A stretch of DNA of 64,000 nt, taken from the NCBI GenBank assembly GCA_965203175.1, contig OZ241867.1:3712001-3776000 (forward strand), written 5' to 3'. Shown one piece after another: positions 56,329 through 64,000 of this stretch. This stretch comes from Candidatus Latescibacterota bacterium. Its GTDB lineage: Bacteria; Latescibacterota; UBA2968; UBA8231. The position numbers and the translations under genes are program-made. Under the pieces are notes generated by a model that was not told the origin of the DNA, made no database searches, and saw only the letters and a program-made list of their open reading frames with translations. The stretch's first letter is position 1. Every line of letters starts with the position of its first letter.

Positions 56329-59232
56329 TCAGTAGTGCAGGCTGAGGCGCATGGAGAAACTGCGCGGAATGGGCACTTCGACAAAGTCAAAGCCGCGCAC
56401 GGCCGTGCGCTGGCCCGCGATATTGGTTTCTGGGTCGTAGCCGCTATACTTGTCGAGGGAAAACAAATTGCGCCCCACCAAGCTCAACTGAACGCTGCTG
56501 GTACCCAAAAACGCAGGCTGCCAGCGATACGACGCAGATAACTCGCGCAACTTTACAAAGGAGCCGTCTTCGATCCAGTGTTCAAAGATGCGGAAGACGC
56601 GCGCATTGTAGCCGGCTGGCAGTTCGCCGTTTAATTCGCGTTCGTAGTCTGTCAACACGCCAAATGAACTTAGGGCGGCCAAGCGCCGCGTAAAGTTAAA
56701 CACATCGCCCCCTACGACCGCGTCCAATTGGGCGCGCACCGACCAGCGCCGCCCCACGGCAAAGTGATTGATCCAAGAAGCAGTAAAATCCGGGTTGGGG
56801 TCGCCGATGATTTTGCGCTCAGCCGCTCGCATGGGCAGGCCGTCTTCGTCGAGGGCGATGTGGCCGTTGGCATCGCGGGCGAAGGCCGTGCTAAAGAACA
56901 CGCCGAGGGGGCTGCCGTTGATGGCCGAGACTTGCGAAAACGAATTGGGCAGGATCAAACGCCCGCCTTCGATACCATCGACGCGGTTTTTGTTGGTCGC
57001 ATACGTCAGGGTCGATTCCCAGCGGAGATGGGAATGCACCAGCGGAATGGCGCGCACGAGCAGCTCCCACCCCTTGTTGCTCATGGTGCCGACGTTTTGC
57101 AAAATCCGCGCATGGCCGGTGGATGGGGACAACGTGCGCATCAACAATAAATCGTCGATATGTTGATCGTAATACGTGAGTTCCACGCCGAGGCGATTGG
57201 ACCAAAAACCAACATCTGCGCCGACTTCGATTTCTCGCTGTCGCTCGGGCTTGATCGTCCCGCCGAGTTGGGTGCTGGGAACTAGGCCGGGCCGGCCGTT
57301 GTACGAGGAGGCATTGTAATTGGTAAAGCGGTCAAAAGGACCAATGGCGGTTTGACCGCCGGACGTGCCAATGGAAGCGCGCAGCTTGAAGTCTGCAAAT
57401 GCGTCGTCTAAGGCGCTGTTTTGCCAGAAGCCGGCCCTTGAAATGAGATAGGCCGCGCCGGCCTTGGGATAAAATTGCCAGCGCTGATCTTGGCCATAGA
57501 CCGAAGAGGCATCGACGCGGGCCGCGCTGGTGAGAAACAGTTGATCGAAAAACGCCACAGTTTGCTGCACAAAGCCGCCGTACAGGGCCTTCTCGCTCCT
57601 GAATTCGCTGGCCACAACGGTTGCCCCGCTCGACACGGTTTGGGCGACTGGACTCAGGTCCTTGCCCTCCGCGCTAAAGGTTGCCCCCTTTTCGTATTGC
57701 AGGGTTCCGCCGACGAGAATGGTCGATTGCACGTGCGGCGCTACGTCCTGCTGGTAGCGGACGTGGAGGTCGTTGTTGAGTTGGAGAAAGTCGAAGGTGG
57801 CGCGGCGCGCAAAGCCGTTTGCCAAGCCCGGTGCAGAGGTCCCGGCCGGGATAAATGCAAGGGCCGTTTGATCGTAGGTGTCAAGCCCCAATGTATAGTC
57901 GATGTCCAAGCGGGATAGCGGGGCGAGATCGAGTCGGGCATAGCCTATATAGCGAGAGACTTCTTGCGTAAAATCATAGCGGTCAATGACCTCTAATGGG
58001 TTGGCGAGAACGCCTTGGTTGGGGTACGCGCCGGTTGTGGGATCGGGCGTGGGGTCGTAGGTGTTGGGGCCGAAAATAAAACCCGTCAGTGCCCCGTAGT
58101 TTGAGTTTAAGCCGCCGTTGGGAACGTCGTTGCTGTTGCTAAAGGAGAAATGGCCACCCACGGACAACGTGGCCCAGGGCGACAATTCTTGATCGACGCG
58201 CGTGCGCCCTCCCATGCGCCGAAACGAACTATTGGCAACCACGCCCTGATCTGCCAAGTAGGATCCCGAGGCAAAGTAGCGGGTGCTGCCGGCCCCACCC
58301 AATACCGAGACGTAGTGCTCAGTGCCGGCGGCACGGCGAAAAATGAAATCTTGGTGATCGAAGCGCGGCACGTCCGAGCCGTCGGGATTTTTGTCGCCAT
58401 TGTTGTCAACAAGTGCCTTGTTGACCGTAAGCGTTTTGCGCACTTGGGCAGTTGAAAAACGAGAAGTGTAGGTGATCTGCGGCTTGCCCAAGGCGCCGCG
58501 CTTGGTAAAGATCTGCACGACGCCATTGTTGGCGCGCGAGCCGTACAGGGCAGCGGCCGCTGCGCCTTTGACGACCTCGACGCGCTCTACGTCGTTGGGG
58601 TTGAGATCGACGAGGCGGTTTTGCGCCCCGCCGCCGAGGCGGATGAGTTCGGGCGAGCTGTTGTTGACAACGACGCCGTCCACTACGTAGAGCGGATCGG
58701 CGTCGCCCAACACGGTACTAGTGCCGCGCAAGCGGACCGTCGCGCCGCCGGCCGGATTGCCCGAATTTTGCTGCACGAGCGCACCGGCCAATTTGCCGGT
58801 CAGGGCTTTGTCGAGGGCCGAGGTGCCGGCCGTTTCCAACTGCCGTGCGCTGAGGGTGGAAATGGCATTGCCTAGTTGCTTTTTGCTCGCGGCAGCGGAA
58901 AGGCCGGTGACGACAATTTCATCCAGTTGCAAGGCATCCACGGCAAGCTGAAAAACAACGGTTGTCAGGCCGTCGTTTTGGCGGATGGCCTGTCGGGCGG
59001 ATTGGTAGCCCACAAACCGCGCTTCGAGCAGAGTTTCCGTCGTCAGCAGCGGCAGGACGAGTGCGAACTGGCCGTCGGCATCAGCGGTGGTGCCGATGGT
59101 GGTACCAACGACACCAACGCTGGCACCGGGCAGGGGCTCGCCGCGTTCATCGGTGACCGCCCCTGCAATGGTGAGTTGGGCAAAAGCCGCCGTGGGAATG
59201 CCGAACCAAAGAAGAAATGCGAATAAGCGCAC
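56329..59232 (-). CDS. susC: SusC/RagA-family TonB-dependent receptor
   Basis: GEPLPGASV, LDEIVVTG, PLYVVDG, VVKGAAAAALYGSRANNGVV, GSFVKLRE. Confidence 0.93.
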   Translation of the reverse strand: MRLFAFLLWFGIPTAAFAQLTIAGAVTDERGEPLPGASVGVVGTTIGTTADADGQFALVLPLLTTETLLEARFVGYQSARQAIRQNDGLTTVVFQLAVDALQLDEIVVTGLSAAASKKQLGNAISTLSARQLETAGTSALDKALTGKLAGALVQQNSGNPAGGATVRLRGTSTVLGDADPLYVVDGVVVNNSSPELIRLGGGAQNRLVDLNPNDVERVEVVKGAAAAALYGSRANNGVVQIFTKRGALGKPQITYTSRFSTAQVRKTLTVNKALVDNNGDKNPDGSDVPRFDHQDFIFRRAAGTEHYVSVLGGAGSTRYFASGSYLADQGVVANSSFRRMGGRTRVDQELSPWATLSVGGHFSFSNSNDVPNGGLNSNYGALTGFIFGPNTYDPTPDPTTGAYPNQGVLANPLEVIDRYDFTQEVSRYIGYARLDLAPLSRLDIDYTLGLDTYDQTALAFIPAGTSAPGLANGFARRATFDFLQLNNDLHVRYQQDVAPHVQSTILVGGTLQYEKGATFSAEGKDLSPVAQTVSSGATVVASEFRSEKALYGGFVQQTVAFFDQLFLTSAARVDASSVYGQDQRWQFYPKAGAAYLISRAGFWQNSALDDAFADFKLRASIGTSGGQTAIGPFDRFTNYNASSYNGRPGLVPSTQLGGTIKPERQREIEVGADVGFWSNRLGVELTYYDQHIDDLLLMRTLSPSTGHARILQNVGTMSNKGWELLVRAIPLVHSHLRWESTLTYATNKNRVDGIEGGRLILPNSFSQVSAINGSPLGVFFSTAFARDANGHIALDEDGLPMRAAERKIIGDPNPDFTASWINHFAVGRRWSVRAQLDAVVGGDVFNFTRRLAALSSFGVLTDYERELNGELPAGYNARVFRIFEHWIEDGSFVKLRELSASYRWQPAFLGTSSVQLSLVGRNLFSLDKYSGYDPETNIAGQRTAVRGFDFVEVPIPRSFSMRLSLHY

Positions 59233-59237
59233 GGTCC

Positions 59238-61158
<1,921 letters not shown>

Positions 61159-61166
<8 letters not shown>

Positions 61167-61254
61167 TGTTTTTTTCTCCTTTAGGGAATTGGCGATCCGA
61201 TTCTTCTCCGTTGGGATCGGTGGTTAGAATGAGGGTGAATTCGTGTAGTTTCAT
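61159..61254 (-). pseudogene. truncated copy of the 5' end of the 62151-62411 gene
   Basis: [21 protein letters not shown] vs [21 protein letters not shown]; 61193-61257 vs 62350-62414 55/65 identical. Confidence 0.85.
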
Positions 61255-61272
61255 GGTGCGTTCACTGCTCGT

Positions 61273-62037
61273 TCAGGCTGCTAGTTCCTTCCGTACCGCC
61301 TCGCGCTGGCTCCACATGATCGGCTTTACATCATAGCTTCGCAACGCTTCTAGCGTGTCCAGAGGCACTGTCTGTGCCGAGTCATTTAGCAGCGCATAGG
61401 CACGCGATTCGGGAGTGCGGATTTCCTTCGTGTCAACCCATGCGAGAACCACGGTCTGAGCGGTGGCGCGATTGGGTCGATTGATTGTCTGAATGATGCG
61501 CTCCGGTTGTTGCCGCGACTTCGGAATTACGAGATCGAACAGGTGGTCGTAGCCGGTCGTTCCGGTAAATTTCACTTTGGGCGTGTGCCTAATGTCGTTC
61601 GCATCGAACCAAGCAACCACATCCTCGTAAAACAGGCTCGTCACCACAGGCACAGCCAGATAGAACATATCATTAACGGCGAGCATTGCCTGCACGAGGT
61701 TGTGTTTGCGCGAAGCAAAGTTCCCCTCCGAGGCATGGATTTGCAACGCCTTGTCATCTTGCTTCACGCCAAAACCATTAAGCGTCATCTTGAGAAGTGC
61801 TTGTCGCTTGCGGCTGTCGAGCTTGCAGCCGCTTTGCTGCAAGTCATCTATAGTGTACCCATCGTCCGTTAGTAAGAATCCTCCGTTGGTCTTCTTGACG
61901 TATATCTGCACATAGTCGTTGTGGCGATCGAGGTAGGGCGTTGTGATTTCGACCCATTGGTCCAATTGGTGTAGTTCTGTCTTGTCCTTGAGCCAATCGT
62001 AATAGGTAGTGAGCAGATTCTGAATGTCTTGAATCAT
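61273..62037 (-). CDS. DUF1828/DUF1829 domain protein
   Basis: [46 protein letters not shown]; native ATG 62037. Confidence 0.8.
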   Translation of the reverse strand: MIQDIQNLLTTYYDWLKDKTELHQLDQWVEITTPYLDRHNDYVQIYVKKTNGGFLLTDDGYTIDDLQQSGCKLDSRKRQALLKMTLNGFGVKQDDKALQIHASEGNFASRKHNLVQAMLAVNDMFYLAVPVVTSLFYEDVVAWFDANDIRHTPKVKFTGTTGYDHLFDLVIPKSRQQPERIIQTINRPNRATAQTVVLAWVDTKEIRTPESRAYALLNDSAQTVPLDTLEALRSYDVKPIMWSQREAVRKELAA

Positions 62038-62151
62038 GCGAGCCCCCGGTTGATATAGGGGGGTGAAGTCGGTCTGCTCATCTGTTGCGCGGTGTTTTTC
62101 CATTGCGATTAAGGCGTCTGCCTCTGCTTGAGTCAGGTTGATGTCTGCCAC
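62034..62151 (-). pseudogene. internally deleted DUF6978-like gene
   Basis: N-terminus [23 protein letters not shown] joined out of frame to C-terminus PPYINRGLA* whose TGA overlaps the downstream ATG. Confidence 0.65.
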
Positions 62152-62411
62152 TATGTGATCGCGCTCGGTTTTGCGGTGAAAACTTGTAGCGGTTCAATTT
62201 TCACACGGACCACATCAAAGCCTGCTTTTCTGACCTGCGCCAGCGCAGAACTGATGGCTTCCTCCAACGACGGGGCTTCTCGGTGAAAGTGAACCTGCGG
62301 CACGCCAGCCATCGAGACAAGCGTACCATCATTGAAGATGCTGTAGAGACGATCCGATTCTTCTTCGTTGGGATCGGCTGTTAAAATAAGTGTGAATTCA
62401 TGCACTCTCAT
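62151..62411 (-). CDS. small antitoxin-like protein (HicB-like fold, orphan)
   Basis: HEFTLIL...[23 protein letters not shown]; GAGGA SD. Confidence 0.55.
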   Translation of the reverse strand: MRVHEFTLILTADPNEEESDRLYSIFNDGTLVSMAGVPQVHFHREAPSLEEAISSALAQVRKAGFDVVRVKIEPLQVFTAKPSAIT

Positions 62412-62436
62412 GGTAAGTTCCTCTGGCGAAGTACTC

Positions 62437-62649
62437 TTATGCTGCGACTTCGATATAAGCGGACTTCGCAGATGGCTGCGGTATGGGGAATCCCTCCTCC
62501 TTCAGGCCCTCGACATGAAACGCGATCGCTTCCTTCATATTCGCTTCGGTTTCTTCTTCCGTAGCACCTGTCGCTACACAACCTAAGAGATCCGGCGAGT
62601 ACGCTGAGAAGCCTGTCTCGGTCTTTTCCACGACGATTAGGTATTTCAT
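62437..62649 (-). CDS. hicB: HicB antitoxin
   Basis: GFSAYSPDLLGCVATGATEEE...EAIAFHVEGL. Confidence 0.92.
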   Translation of the reverse strand: MKYLIVVEKTETGFSAYSPDLLGCVATGATEEETEANMKEAIAFHVEGLKEEGFPIPQPSAKSAYIEVAA

Positions 62650-62834
62650 TCTTTTAACCCTGCTTTCTTCAATATGCTGTTAAGAGTACCAATAGCCAGA
62701 TCGTCACCCAAACGTCCGGGCACCGTTATCAGCTCTCGCTTGGCGGGGTGCTTGAATTGCCGATGACTTCCACGCATCCTGACTTGGTACCAGCCGTCCC
62801 TTTCGAGCATTCGCACCACCTCTCGGACCTTCAT
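62646..62834 (-). CDS. hicA: HicA toxin
   Basis: LERDGWYQVRMRGSHRQFKHP...TVPG..GTLNSILKKAGL. Confidence 0.92.
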   Translation of the reverse strand: MKVREVVRMLERDGWYQVRMRGSHRQFKHPAKRELITVPGRLGDDLAIGTLNSILKKAGLKE

Positions 62835-62934
62835 AAATAATAAAGATTTCTCTCAATAGGCTCTATTTTGATACTTATATATCTGAGTGCCCAAAAACCA
62901 TTCAACTCATTGAGGACGTTATAGTTATGTCTAT

Positions 62935-63034
62935 AAAGATAGGGAATTATATACTTGACCAAGCATAGATTGCCTAACCGTTTGTATTTTAGGAAGTTTA
63001 TATAAAATAGTTAAGCATATAATTTCCTATCTTT
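62935..63034. repeat. 25-bp imperfect inverted repeat in AT-rich spacer
   Basis: AAAGATAGGGAATTATATACTTGAC (62935-59) vs reverse complement of 63010-34, 22/25 identical. Confidence 0.8.
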
Positions 63035-63980
63035 GGCGTGGCCTGACCTGACCCTTCTGAAGTCCGGATACAACTCGAAGGTCCTCCATCTCTTGATCCG
63101 ATACCTTAGAGCCACAGATGATCTCGTCCAAGCTCAGAGTGTAGAACTGATTCTTGAACGGTACGGCAATGAATTCTCGGATTACCTGACCTTGATCGCC
63201 CTTTGTCTCTTTGATGGGAAACACATTCATAAGGCCTTGATAGAGCCTGTAGTCAAAAGTGATGCGGGTCTCGGTCTCCCAATCGTACATTTTTCGCTTG
63301 TAGAACCGGGCGAATTTGTCTACGCCGTCAATGATGAGCTCCCTATCGAACTCTTGACGAAACGCATCTCTGATGCTCTTGATGAAGGAGAAGCGCTGGC
63401 CATCGTCGTAGACGACATCTCTCAAGTCCCAGCATTCCGCGGTATTCACATCAACCTTCGACAGCCGCAAACACAAGCAAACCCCTTTGTCACAAGCTGC
63501 ATACTCAGTCCAGAACCTTTCAATCTCAGACTTACTGGTTAAACACAACACAAACAGTTTTCGCTTGTAATCATCAATCTTGTCACCATCAATTCTGTCC
63601 TCCGAGTAACCGCAAAGGCGAATGAACTCCGAGTACTCAGCATGGTCGTTGGCCTCGAAGTACTTCATGGCTGTGAACTGCAGGGCCTTCTTCTCAACAG
63701 ACTTGAGGGCATAGTCGTACTTGAGGAAGTGATAGAAGAGGACCTGATCCTCCTGCCTTCTGTCTCGAGCGGTTGACGAGAATGCATTCAAGAGCGTGTC
63801 TCGCCCATCCGAAACAGTTGACATCAGCCAGACAAACTTGCCACGGTCATCCTCACAGAAGTCGTCTGGCCGCAAAGTGCCGACAACCGAAGCGAACTCA
63901 CTTCCTCTGAGACTGCTGTTCACGATCTCTGCCATGCGTTGGCGTTGAGCATCGGTGAATCTATTGGCCGGTTCCTCCAT
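63027..63980 (-). CDS. DUF2971-like protein (possibly 5'-truncated by window)
   Basis: FYHF, ND..E, LCLT, FWTEYA...GVCL, VVY, YKRKMYDWETETR, EIICG; frame stays open to 64000. Confidence 0.65.
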   Translation of the reverse strand: MEEPANRFTDAQRQRMAEIVNSSLRGSEFASVVGTLRPDDFCEDDRGKFVWLMSTVSDGRDTLLNAFSSTARDRRQEDQVLFYHFLKYDYALKSVEKKALQFTAMKYFEANDHAEYSEFIRLCGYSEDRIDGDKIDDYKRKLFVLCLTSKSEIERFWTEYAACDKGVCLCLRLSKVDVNTAECWDLRDVVYDDGQRFSFIKSIRDAFRQEFDRELIIDGVDKFARFYKRKMYDWETETRITFDYRLYQGLMNVFPIKETKGDQGQVIREFIAVPFKNQFYTLSLDEIICGSKVSDQEMEDLRVVSGLQKGQVRPRQR

Positions 63981-64000
63981 GAGCTTGATGATTTCACGGT

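Noticed and set aside
62972-62996. attI1-like CCTAAAATACAAACGGTTAGGC on minus strand
   Set aside because: Short gapped similarity, no integron integrase in the window, and the heptamer-to-heptamer span (45 bp) is too short for attC

Overview
High-GC diderm bacterial chromosome segment. LptE, SusC/SusD and CRTAC1/FG-GAP proteins suggest an FCB-group lineage (inference only). Positions 1-39 kb are mostly housekeeping/metabolic: a partial MtaA/CmuA methyltransferase, FadR regulator, lipA, ctpA, coaX, M23 peptidase, NhaC and SSS transporters, rarA, ribB-like, dsbD, gnd/pgi, addAB and a Zn-dehydrogenase. Positions 39.1-55.0 kb are a defence island with no integrase or transposase: Schlafen/AlbA_2-ATPase, Type III R-M res/mod, XRE-ImmA/IrrE, HicBA, ietAS and DUF262-DUF1524. 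susCD and dnaK follow, then a second TA/defence cluster at 61.2-64 kb. The most unusual signals are: (i) diverged partial gene copies at cassette junctions (a split second copy of the mod 3' end; a truncated copy of an antitoxin-like 5' end before dnaK); (ii) a set of antitoxin-like genes whose usual toxins are missing; (iii) a sharp G/T to C/A strand-skew flip around the AT-rich mod target-recognition domain; (iv) a multi-hairpin intergenic region at ~23.9-24.2 kb; (v) CTAG enrichment with CCWGG depletion. No rRNA, tRNA or CRISPR array was recognised. Family names come from motif recognition by eye, not database searches.
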